Notes under the pieces: generated by a model | Database searches by the model: none | Seen by the model: the letters and a program-made list of their open reading frames with translations, nothing else | What the model was told of the DNA's origin: nothing | Made by a program: the position numbers and the translations under genes | Shown here: piece by piece, positions 1 to 12,187 of the stretch | How positions within the stretch are numbered: position 1 is the stretch's first letter | Layout: every line of letters starts with the position of its first letter | From: Novakomyces olei | Lineage: Eukaryota | Reading direction: 5' to 3' | Length of the DNA: 64,000 bases | Assembly (NCBI GenBank): GCA_016906335.1 | Contig: JADEYG010000001.1 | Location: 124,001 to 188,000, forward strand

Positions 1-280
1 TGTAAAGTAGAATTAATAGTAGAGTCGAATGGGCCTTGAGCTGTCGCGCAAAACGTAATAAGCACGAGCATCTTGTGCTGCGCTCGTGCTCGTCGTTTCT
101 ATCAAGTATATCGCCTCTATATTACACTGCTTTTACCCGTATTCTATTAGAGCACAAATTGATTTAGACGAAGCGCTGTATACATTAAAAGCGCGAGGGA
201 GTCCCACACTCAAGTAATCTATACGTCCGAGGTCTATGTAACATAAAAGTCAAATATAGCAAAAAAAATTGTACACAGGT

Positions 281-299
281 TTAGGTTAGGGTGTGACTG
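281..299 (+). promoter_or_regulatory. Ribosomal-protein promoter element: TTAGGTTAGGG (Tbf1/Homol-E-like) next to Homol-D (TGTGACTG)
   Basis: TGTGACTG at 292-299 is the reverse complement of the Homol-D box CAGTCACA. It lies directly upstream of RPS22. Confidence 0.6.
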
Positions 300-522
300 C
301 TTTCATACAAGTCTTGTGCAGTGCTGTAAACAGACGAGTGTAAACGGCTTTTGAATCCCTAATTACCGACGTTCACAAATCTTAAGGTAAGGGACACTCT
401 TATGGCCGTCAAATAGTGTTTGCTACAGCATAAACGGCGTACAGTCGATTGCTGTATAGCAGCACGAGTTTTGCGCCAATGGAACTTGCTGTATGAACAC
501 AGACTGACCGCTCTTAGTGAAA

Positions 523-987
523 ATGGTGCGCCAATCAGTCTTGAACGATGCGCTCAACAACATTGTTAACGCCGAAAAACGTGGCCGCCGTCAGGTGTTG
601 ATCCGACCATCGTCCAAGGTCATTGTCAAGTTCTTGACTGTTATGCAGCAGCACGGTAAGTCTTGACTTTTTCTTATTTCGTGGTCCAATGGACCAGTCT
701 TTATGTTTTTCTAATACTTACAAATAGGATACATTGATGAGTTTGAGGAAGTAGACGATCACCGTTCCGGAAAGATTGTCATTCACCTTAACGGACGTTT
801 GAACAAATGCGGTGTCATCTCACCGCGTTTCAACGTCCGCTTAAATGAGCTGGAAAAGTGGGTCTCTCAGCTCCTGCCGTCGCGTCAGTTTGGCTACGTC
901 GTGTTGACCACGTCCGCTGGCATCATGGACCATGAGACTGCTCGCCGGAAGCATGCTGGTGGTAAAATCCTCGGATTTTTCTACTAG
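523..987 (+). CDS. RPS22: 40S ribosomal protein S22 (uS8); coding intron 656-727, probable 5'UTR intron 387-517
   Basis: Spliced product [38 protein letters not shown]...[24 protein letters not shown]. Both introns have GTAAG...TAG ends. Confidence 0.97.
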
Positions 988-1372
988 ATACAAAAGGCGC
1001 TGTATACCCTTGCATTAGTAATATTGTGCAGCATCTCACATTCAAAAGCACTAGATAAAAGATAACATTATTGTAAGCGACTTCAATTTGTTCATGGAGA
1101 ACGTGTATACGTATTCGTCTTTGTTACGACTATTACCAGACTAACCGTGTATACCGCGTCCGAGTATTGTTCCACTGGTGTATCGGTTCTGTCTCTTCAC
1201 AAACGTAATCTATACAAATAATAACGACTTCTGATAGCAATACATTTACAGATATGTTATTGAACAAAGAAATGTGTCAAATATCTATTACAGCTACATT
1301 TATCGACGGCATTGTTCATTTCTAACCGTATAGTCAATTAAAATGAAATAAAAAACCATAAAACAACGACCT

Positions 1373-2587
1373 CTAGTTCTTGGCATTGGTGATAGCCCAC
1401 GAAAGCTCGTAAGACTTGACCGCGTCCTCATAAGTAGACAAGATATCGCCGCGCACTGCCTTATTTTCAATGCTATCAATAAAGACCTCAATTTCGCCAA
1501 AGTAAGGATCGTCATCCGGGAAGCTATAAACTTCTTCGCGGTCAACAGCTGGAGTACGCAAGAAAAGCTGGGGCGATGTATAAGGATCGACCAAGCGGAG
1601 CTGGTAACCGTCGCAATAAACTTCCAAAGTACTATCGTATTTTGTACCCTGCAAGGTAAGAGCATGCGTCAGTGAACCGACGGCTCCAGAGGTATACTTC
1701 CAGCAGGCAGAAGTCACGCGCGGAATACGTTCATTCTCGGGAATTACGTTTTCATCAAAGGGCATAGCCGAAAGCTTGCCGGGCTTTTCGTCCCAGTTCA
1801 ATTTCACGGCGCGTACGGACGGAATATCCACGTCACCTCCAAAGTATCGGCTGAGATCGCAAAAGTGGGTTGCCTGTTCGACGATGGGTCCACCAGACTT
1901 GCTCTTTGTCCACCAGAAAGTCTTGCTGTTATGGGCGTATGAGGAAACGTAGCGGGCTACGGTTGCCATAACGGTGAGATTATTTTCCGCAATAATACTC
2001 TTCATTTTTTGCACTACTTGCAGATAACGCATCATGTATCCCACAGAGACAATTGCCTTGCGCTCGGCCAGTGCATGAGCCACTGCCCACGTATCGGAAA
2101 CGGGGCTGTTGGAAACTGGCTTCTCCACAAACAGTGCGACTCCCGGAATTTCGCTGGTTAATTGCAGTTCCAAGTCATTTGGCGGATGTGTTGAGCCGTG
2201 AAACTGTGGCGGACACCCAATCACAACAGCACAGGGCCGCGGTGCTTTTCCAGATCGGATATCCTTCAAAAAGTCCTCCAAAGAGGCGTACTCAACCGTG
2301 TCCTTGTACGCAGAATACACAAAGGATTCGCGCTTTGTCTTTAAAACTGCTGACGAGGCCACAGGATTGGGGTCAATTAGAGCCGTAACTTTTAGACGAG
2401 GTCCCAGCTTATGCTCAAGACGGAAAGAATGATTCCAGGGACCTTCTACTGTACCAAAGTTGATGCCACCAGCTCCGATAATGACAACGTTGAAATCGTC
2501 ACCAGGTGGAGGGTGGATTCCCATGCGATGCCCATCGGCCAAAGTAGAGCGGCGGCGAGCTGGTGTACGTTGAGGAGCAGCAGCCAT
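1373..2587 (-). CDS. Gfo/Idh/MocA-family NAD(P)-dependent oxidoreductase (YMR315W-like)
   Basis: VIIGAGGINFG Rossmann motif, FVEKPV, GGPIVEQATHFCDL. Confidence 0.85.
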   Translation of the reverse strand: MAAAPQRTPARRRSTLADGHRMGIHPPPGDDFNVVIIGAGGINFGTVEGPWNHSFRLEHKLGPRLKVTALIDPNPVASSAVLKTKRESFVYSAYKDTVEYASLEDFLKDIRSGKAPRPCAVVIGCPPQFHGSTHPPNDLELQLTSEIPGVALFVEKPVSNSPVSDTWAVAHALAERKAIVSVGYMMRYLQVVQKMKSIIAENNLTVMATVARYVSSYAHNSKTFWWTKSKSGGPIVEQATHFCDLSRYFGGDVDIPSVRAVKLNWDEKPGKLSAMPFDENVIPENERIPRVTSACWKYTSGAVGSLTHALTLQGTKYDSTLEVYCDGYQLRLVDPYTSPQLFLRTPAVDREEVYSFPDDDPYFGEIEVFIDSIENKAVRGDILSTYEDAVKSYELSWAITNAKN

Positions 2588-3005
2588 TGGGATGTTTGGG
2601 ACTGATCGAACAGCAATTCAAAGTTTTCGGGCACTAAAGTCGGTTGGAAATGTGTATATATACGCAATTGTATCGATGTGTGCTACGTCAATTATCCGGG
2701 CTGACAGCGGAAAGGGTTTTCTTTCGAAATTTTAATGTTCCTTGTTATATGCGGCTACGTCATTTATTATTAGATTAATGTTTATGGAATGTTAGATGCA
2801 GTTGTCGAACAGTAATGAATTCTTTTGCTTCTATTCTCGATAATGTTGAATTAATAGAACACCTTTGATATGACTGCGCAGACCAAATCAAAGGCTTGGC
2901 TTGATTGATCACGCTCAGGTAAAAAGAGAATCCTCCAAATTGGTTTGGTAAAATTAATGTTGCGCATTTTGCAATGAAATCAAAAAAAAATCAAAAAAGA
3001 AAATT

Positions 3006-3124
3006 GACTTGTAGCACAGGGTATTCCCACGTGGTCCCCCACCGTAGTACTGACCCTGCCCTATTCTGCTTAGCTTCGGTGATCGGACGGGAACCGGCGT
3101 ATTCAGAATGGTATGGCCACAAGT
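3006..3124 (-). rRNA. 5S rRNA, dispersed single copy
   Basis: Minus strand reads ACTTGTGGCCATACC...CCCGTCCGATC...AAGCTAAGC...AGTACTACGGTGGGGGACCACGTGGGAATACC...CTACAAGT. The ends pair and T-runs (Pol III terminator) follow. Confidence 0.95.
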
Positions 3125-3798
3125 ACCAAAACTGAATTCGAATAAGATATAATGTATAGTCAATTTTTCAAAGCAATTGAAAATGGCCTTAGTGGCCTTT
3201 ATATTGTTGGATTTTTTACCTTGACTAAACCATACGTTGAATGGTTTTCCACTCAAGGTCCAAATGCGATCTCATTTATCCATACTTGGACTATTTGCAA
3301 ACTTTAGCGTATATACTTCAAGTCAGCGTCAGCCCAGATTAGTCGCTCATCATTACTGCATAATGCAACATACTGGCTGACGTAGAGCTGCGGGCTGTCG
3401 TTGATTATAGATTCTCGACAGGCAGATCATAGGCCAAGCATTTTTATCAGTCTATCTTGATCGCAAGCTGCTTGCTTCCAAATGTCCTAGCACAATAGCT
3501 AAAAATCATAATCTAAAATCTGCGATTCATAAAGCATCTATTATGGAAATATATAAAGACCATCGCGCGTAGCAAAAACTACATCTTTGCTCTCCATTTG
3601 CCACACTGATCGCTCGCGCAATTTACGCGTCAGTCGTACGTGAGAAAAACGGTCGCCCGATTCAGTGGCGACTCCAACCCCGCTTGCTCTCTGATTACTT
3701 GAAATTTCCACGCACCAAAGCATATATAAACGGTAGCGCCCTCCCCACGTTTTCCGGACAAACCTCAACTTACCGTAACTTGATAGTTTAGAATAGCT

Positions 3799-3889
3799 GC
3801 GAGTGCGGGTGGCGCAAGACCTTTTGTCGACACGTCTGAGATTATACCGCTGGAACTTGATCTGGGCAATACCAGCGAAAGGAACTTGT
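3799..3889 (+). ncRNA. TPP riboswitch aptamer in the THI4 leader (probable intron 3775-3946)
   Basis: Fungal TPP signature CTGAGATTATAC...GAACTTGATCTGGGCAATACCAGCGAAAGGA. P1 pairs GCGAGT with ACTTGT. It lies about 100 nt upstream of the THI4 ATG. Confidence 0.93.
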
Positions 3890-3968
3890 TTTCGAGGACT
3901 TGACTGCTCCTTCTTAATAATTCTTTTTTTCTTCTTTTTTTTTCAGAAAGAGTTGTAATACTGTGTGA

Positions 3969-4934
<966 letters not shown>

Positions 4935-5623
4935 GGCTCTCTTGTTGCCTTGGCATAAGTCTTTTTATCATGCCATCTCGTTCTAGCCAATTGAGGGTTT
5001 GTTTTGATCGTACTTGACCGCTCTTTACACATAGTTTATTCTTTCGACACGAATATTTTACACATCAGTTGTATGGACTATAAATCTTGTCTTTTCCGTG
5101 ATAAGCGTAGAGTTTTGTACAAAGTTTTGGGCTCTGTCTCAGCGTATCTATAAATGTTTCAGCATCTGTATGAATTTGTTATAGTATATGGGCGAGTCCA
5201 ATAAACAAAGGCTTCTAACGTTCACCAAGCTCGTCAGCCTGCTCATGTTGGAAATTGTAGTAGACAAGCGCCGGAATTTTAATGCGCAGTCTTGAGCTGA
5301 AGTTGGCTATTGATACATTTTACATAATATTCGAAAAAGGCCGTTGGTAAGAGTTTCAGCAAATACAAACTTGCAAACTTGTCTCGTTATTTTGCACGCT
5401 ATAGTCTTCATGTAGGGACAAAAATTTGGTTGATAACGTGCTTGAAATAACTCCATCAATTTCTAATACCTTCAACATCCATAACACAAGAACCATTCAC
5501 CCATCCGTTTCGCTATCTAAAATGAAGCAATAAACTAAAGCAACCTGAACCTTCTTAAATTAGGCCAATCTGTCAAACCCTCCAATAATAGGACAATTGC
5601 ACTCGCCAACAAGCGCCAACACT

Positions 5624-7325
5624 CTAAACATCTGCCCTCGATAATACAGAAACAGCGCTTACAGGCGCATTATCAACAACTTCTGCCTGCTTTTCGTCTT
5701 GCAGTATTTCGTCATTGCTTGAAGACTTCGTGACACTAAGCTCTTCGGCACGCCGTTTAATCTGCTCATTATCACGGCGCTCGAGGTAGTACGTGGGCAC
5801 TACCAGCGCCAGCATGATTAACACGGTCCCTGTGGCGATAATGTAGCCACGCCGAAATTCCGGAGCCTGACTAGTGGGAAAAAACACGATACTCGTCCAG
5901 ATGGTCATAATTTGTGACAGGGCATCAGAAATACCAATAACAGCCGCTCTCTCCTCAGCATCGTAACGGCAAGCATGGTTGATCCAGCCAGAGAAAAGAG
6001 CCTGGTCTGTTCCATCCAGGGAGATTAAACAAAAACAAATCCAGCGCCACCAGTCTGCAATATTCCAGGCAGAAAGACTGGCAAACACTGCAATCAGCAC
6101 TGTATGAACAAAGATAAAAATGGGATAAGGCGAGTAAGTATCGGCCAGCCCAGAGAGCACAAATTGGCAGACTACTCCCACCGCATTGGCAACAGTGGGA
6201 TAATTATTGACTTGCGCAATGCTGTAGCGCGATCGCGGTTGGGATTTGAGCCACAGTGGAAATCCGAGTCCATCAGACAGCGCATACGTGTTTAATCCGA
6301 TCCAAAACGCGGAGAAAATGTACACTCGCCAGCGGAGAAAGACGCGTCTCAGTATAGAGAGGTCAATTTTACCTGGCTCACGCGTCCCGTTCTTCACGAG
6401 ACGCGTTTTAGCCAACGCGAGTTCTTCGTCTTTGAGCCAAAACACTTTAGAGGCCTGTTGAGGCGTACCCGGGAACCAGACAAATCCAATCAGAGCAATA
6501 GGCACGGTTACTATCCCATCCACGATAAAACCCCATTGCCATCCGTCCAGTCCGCCTTTACCATTAAGGCTGGAATAGGCGGCGGATTGAAAGTAGCCGC
6601 TAAACATTGAACCGAGGCTGCTCGAAATACTGAAAACTGTTATGCGGCGGTACAGCTCGTCTCGCGTAAACCAGCTTCCTAACGTGTACACAATTGTAAC
6701 AAAGCTGGGTCCTTCGGCCAAGCCTATGAGAAAGCGAAGAGCGTACAACTGCGATGGAGTCTTGACTGCAGCCGAACAAAATGTCAACAGACCCCAGACG
6801 AGTTCAAGAGAAGGCAGCATGAAACGCGCCCAAGACCGAGTCGCAAACATAGCTCCAAAGCACATTGTAATGACGTAGCCGGCGCTGTACATGGACTTTG
6901 CATAGCTCAGATCGTTGCCCGTCATACCGATATCCTCTTTCATGCCAGAGACACTGTCGTTAGAATAAGGAAATTTTTGATCATAAAATTTGATCTTTTG
7001 AGAGAATTGAGGGTAAATGGTGAAGCACTTACTAAGAGTTGGTAATTGAACTTTTATCGAGACTTTTAGTGAAATAAGAGCAGCAAATGTAGACGAGGAG
7101 TGCGAAATCCAGCTTGATCAAAAGCTTTCGCTCTTTTCGCGATAAGTGCGACGGGTACCAGTAAAAGAGCAGTGTGAACCTTTGCCATAAGGTATATTTG
7201 TGACGAACGTCAGCGTCTTCGAGTGGTACGTCTCGCTCTGACTTTTGAATCTGCTCCACTCGGTACTCTGGTGTTTCCTCAGTCCTACAAGTGCGCGAGG
7301 ACGCGCGGCGCCACCAGCTTGCCAT
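5624..7325 (-). CDS. MFS anion:cation symporter, Seo1/Fen2/Liz1-like; intron 6954-7032
   Basis: Splicing restores LDKSSITNSYVSGMKED. Also ERKLLIKLD, LGSWFTRDEL, GLDGWQWGFIVDG. Confidence 0.85.
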
Positions 7326-7345
7326 CAGTGAAACTGAGTAAGGTC

Positions 7346-7378
<33 letters not shown>

Positions 7379-9062
7379 TCCTGACAAAAGATCTTTCAAG
7401 GCAAAGAGGTGATCAAGTAGATAAGAGGCGATCAAATAGATAAGCAATAGAGAAGAGCCACGCAGAGTCAGGCCAAGGCCAGAGAGATCTCTAATTATAT
7501 AGTCCTTTTGCAGCCCACGCACTATCGCGAAGAGTGGCGAAATAAAATCTATATTCCGAAACAGTACAGCTCCACGTACAAATTCATTAACACACACCCG
7601 TGCGAACATTACATCACGTGCTTCGCCTATATTACGTACTCGGCTCTGTCTATGTATAAATTTATGCGCGTGGACCTTTGTGCTTTTCGTACGGTGCTTT
7701 TCGTACGGAGCCTATTTTGCGGTCACGACGGGTAGATTACGGCGTGTATAAGCGCGGGTCTAATTGAAGCAGTCGCAAAAAGTGTTGCTGCGGAATCTTG
7801 AAAATATTTAGCGATACGATAGTGGAAAAGAGTACCGTCACGGAGATTAGATAACATACAAGATAGTACTTACTTGCTTATCAGAAAAAAAGAGAGGCAA
7901 ATAATATCGAGTTGTAAAGGACGGTGACGAAGCCAATTATTGCTCTCGGCAAAGATTACCCTCTGCCGAGCAAGTCGGCGGACGTAAAATACTGTATCTA
8001 TGACAAATTTGAAAGCAAGTTTGAGGAATTGCTCTTGCTAGTATCAAAGATACGGGTGTTATAGTAGACAGGCAAAACTACTACGGACAGTAAATATCCC
8101 ACTTATTTTGGGCAAATTTTCCAGAAAAAAACTTTGTAATTAAATAAACCATTCTTTTGCAAGATCTCAAGTTTAAACAGCCTTGCGCCATAATTGAACA
8201 ATTCTTTGAGCATGCGAATATTCGTGCTTTCTCATTTCGCAATTTGTAGATCATTTCGCTAATTTTCACTTTTAATTATCATATATGTATGTAATAGGTA
8301 CTCCAGGTTTTTTACGTCTTCCAACAATTTCAATTCTCCAACTTGACTAAAGGAGAAATATGGGATTTTTCTAATTATTTTGCTAGTTCTGAAGCATGAA
8401 CATTAAATTTTACACATTGTATATTTGTCGGATTGCAGCCATTTAATCATATTAGCGTCCATTATTCTTCTCACCTCGTCCGTTACCGTAAAATATTATG
8501 CAGAACAGTACACTGACGGAGAACCTTTACTTTGCAAATCGACCCGCTACAACGAAACTCACAAAGAGTCCCCAGCAATTTAGTCATCAAAAGAATTATT
8601 CAATACATATTAATACATATTGTGGAACTACATGAAAAAAATAATTTATATTTATATTTGCAACTGAAAAGACTTCACTTGGGCGTACATCGTGGTCTGC
8701 CACGTGACCGCGTGCGTAATCTTTGTGCAATAAACAAAAACATCTTGATTGCGTGATGGCCAATCAAATACCTCTAACGACTTAGCATGAAAAATTAGAG
8801 TGCAAGAAAAGAAGAAAAAAAGACCGATCATTCGGCGCCGTTTCCTATACTTGTTCCTACATTCACTAAAGATGGAGAGACGAGCTGAGACAAAGAGCTT
8901 TTGATTGCGGGGTTATTTCCTGAAACAAAGAGATTCTAATTTGCAAATGTCTATGGATATGAATCAGTTTGTCATTGATTAAACAGCTTAATTATATTTC
9001 AAACATGTCCTATGTCCACTTTATTCTCCCCTCAAAATAAAAGCCCCAATAAAAGACGGAGC

Positions 9063-11166
9063 CTAAAAGAAAAGCCACGAACCAAGCAAATTCAGTCGCT
9101 GTCGAGGTGTCAATCCTCTGGTAAACAAATTGTATGACCGCTTTGCGTCTTGCAGTGCCCGCTCCCTTTCCTCTACTGTAAGAAAAATATCGTACCTATC
9201 GGTCTCGAGATCCATTGAATTTGCACTAACGAGCCGCGTTCGCTTTAATATTTTCCAAAACAAAACCATTCCGATAAGAATTGGGATTTCGATATAATAC
9301 GAAACAAAATCCACTATATCAAATTTTGGACTGAAACAAGACCAACCCTGGACAAGGACAAGAAAAATGTTCAATATTACCACTAAAATTGGTCCCACAG
9401 GATACGTCCAGTTTTTGAAAGGCAAAAGATGCTCCAGTCCTTGTCTCCGCACACCGCGTCGAAATCTCAGAGAGGAAATGCCGATTGCGATCCATGACAG
9501 TTGATTCGAAACTCCAACGACGCTAGAAATTTAGAATTGAGCTGCACCAAAAACAATTATAAAAAAGCTAATGATTTTGAACTTAAAACAGAAAAGTTGT
9601 AAAGACATTAATTAGTAAGAGGTCTCTTCATGCAAGGATAATTGAATTCTGGAAATGCAATAAATAAAGCCTCAAGGACATAGAAAAAGTTCAAAAGTCA
9701 TACTTTTGCAGCCAGGACCAAAGCTGGCCTGCGCCGATGTAGCTCGCACCAAAACAGAGCCCGCTTATAACAGACGTCACTAAAACTGCAACCCACGGAG
9801 TGCGAAACCGGTTCAGAGTTCCAAGAAACGCCGGAGCATGTCTGTTAACAGCAAGAGTATATAGCAGTCTTGAGCCAGCGAAGAGCGCATGATTCGCGGC
9901 CGATACTGCACTTGTCATAACAACAACGTTGATAAAGCTACCAGCAACTTTACTGCCAGCTAATTCAAAAATTATGGTAAAGGGACTTGTGCGACTTGAG
10001 GAGCCATCAAGTCCTGGATGCTGATACGAAATGTTAAGGCCCACCATTAAAACAGATAGAATGTAGAATAACATTATTCTCCAAAACACATTTTTCACCA
10101 CACGAGGAAGGTTCTTTGAAGGGTTGACCGTTTCTCCCGCCGTAACGGTAATTGACTCTGTACCACCACTGAAAAAATTAAAAACATTATAAAACAATTT
10201 AGAATAAAAATAAAAATAAAATTCAAAACTTACAATGCAAAAGAAGCTTTTACAAAAACTGACGCGAATCCTCCAATCCCGCCAACAAATGGTGCATCAC
10301 CAATAAACCAGTTCCGAGTACCAATCCTCTGGTGCTGACGGTTTGCTCCACAATTAACAGCGATGCTGACGATAATGAAAACCTTAATATTGTCAACATT
10401 TGATTGCAGTGAAAACAAAAAACATACAATAATCGTCGCGACTTTGAGCAGGCTGAGAAAGTATTCCGTCTGGAATTGTTAGGATATAAAAAAAAAATTT
10501 GCAACGTACGTAGCCGTACACGCGAACCGACAGTACATTGAGAAAAATCACGAGTAATAAAAAAATCAACGTGATTGCCCAACCCGGGAAATTGTCGGTC
10601 CAAAACTCAAGAAGCAATTGCAGCGCAATGACATCAGCCGCAGTGGATACTGCGTCATTGAACCAATAATTATACGTCAGTCCAAATGCAAAGGCATCGT
10701 CCACGAAGCGTCTAGTAATGTTATTATTTGGAACGCAAGGAAAAGAAAACTTAAGAGAAAAAAGCAAAACTAAATCAAACAAGACTAATAACAAAGAATA
10801 AATGAATGCTTATCTGTACTATCAAGCTCACCCTGCAAAAGTACAAAAAGACCCGGCAACTGGGATAAATGCTGCCATTTCACCGAGCGAGAGCATTGTA
10901 ATAAAAACGATTCCGCCAACAATGGCGTACGAAATAACAAGTGACGCTGGCCCACCAATGGCTAACGCATTTCCTGTACCGAGAAAAAGGCCAGTTCCAA
11001 TAGTGCCTCCAATCGCAATCATCTGTACCTGTCGCGCAGATAGAGACCGCGATAGTCTATCGCTAACCACCCGATGCTGTTGTAGAGGCACATCTTTGCT
11101 ATTGGCACTGTCCTGTCCGGAACGTTGCTCTTCCTGTTGGTTTTCAATTATTTCCTCTTTCTCCAT
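9063..11166 (-). CDS. APC/YAT-family amino acid permease, multi-exon
   Basis: LSRSLSARQVQMIAIGGTIGTGLFLGTG, SLGEMAAFIPVAGSF, GGTESITVTAGE, FWRIMLFY. Confidence 0.9.
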
Positions 11167-12187
11167 TACCCCACAATTTGCCTGACTTGTATATGAGACC
11201 AGCGGCCAATAATAATTAAGAGTCTGATAAGACTGATAATACTATACGATGTAGTATGATAAACGACGAAAATCAAAAGTGAATATGCCCGGCTTGGCCG
11301 CCCGATGATGCGGATAGTCAAAAGGTTGGGCGGCTGCTATTTTATGTGCTCAGCCAGGATTTGATAATTTCTCTTCATGTAAGCCTGCTGTGCCCTTATG
11401 GGCATATTAAATCTTGCTTCAAGAGAAAATTTATGAGTTGCGAATTGTACTGAGCCAAATTGCGCCATAGTCTTCACATAGCCAAAAAGCAAGCATTAAT
11501 CACGTAATTTAAGAATTGAAAGCTGAAGTAGATACTACTGCTACATGAATAGTCTGGGTAATGCTCCAATTGGCAAAGCTAAGCGATATGGTCATTTGGC
11601 TAACGCAAGGCTTTCCCTAACCGCGTATTAAGCTGTGGGCTGTTAGATCTACAGTACTACATATAGCGTATACGGTATTGTAGTAAACAAGGCACACTGA
11701 AAATAGAAACAACTTCAGATTGAATCAATCGTACTACGTTGTGTTTCATTCTATTATCTAGCATATTGAGTAGGCCTTGAAGTTTGGCTATCTGCAAAGC
11801 AAACCAAGTACTCGGCCGTCCACTTTAAAGCTAGTAGATCAATCTTGAATATACTTGATACTAATTAGCGTAATTCGTCTAGGAGCAATAGTAAAACAAG
11901 TCTGGGTAAAACTTAAAAAAAAAAACAAAAACAAAAATTGCGAAAAAGGCAATGAAACTTTCAGAACTGTAAAGGAAAGACATGAAAATAGGAGTAACAC
12001 TTCCTTAAATCTTGTACTTTCAATCTTGTGCTCGAAATTGCCCGTTACAAGGTCGAGACATCTAGTACAGACTGCTGCCTTCGTCCCGTGTTACAAGGAC
12101 GATTGGATTAATAATGTAAAACGTTGAATGGTGCTTTATGCATTACTGTATGCTAAACTACGCTCGCACGTCTAATAATACAGTATT

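Noticed and set aside
61-90. Inverted repeat AGCACGAGC...GCTCGTGCT
   Set aside because: Single short hairpin at the window edge with no supporting context.
656-727. snR44-like snoRNA in the RPS22 coding intron
   Set aside because: The intron is only 72 nt, too short to hold one.
2954-3256. 100-aa ORF on the minus strand
   Set aside because: It overlaps the 5S rRNA gene and is spurious.
3125-3260. Possible Yarrowia-type tRNA-5S dicistron
   Set aside because: No tRNA cloverleaf upstream of the 5S gene.
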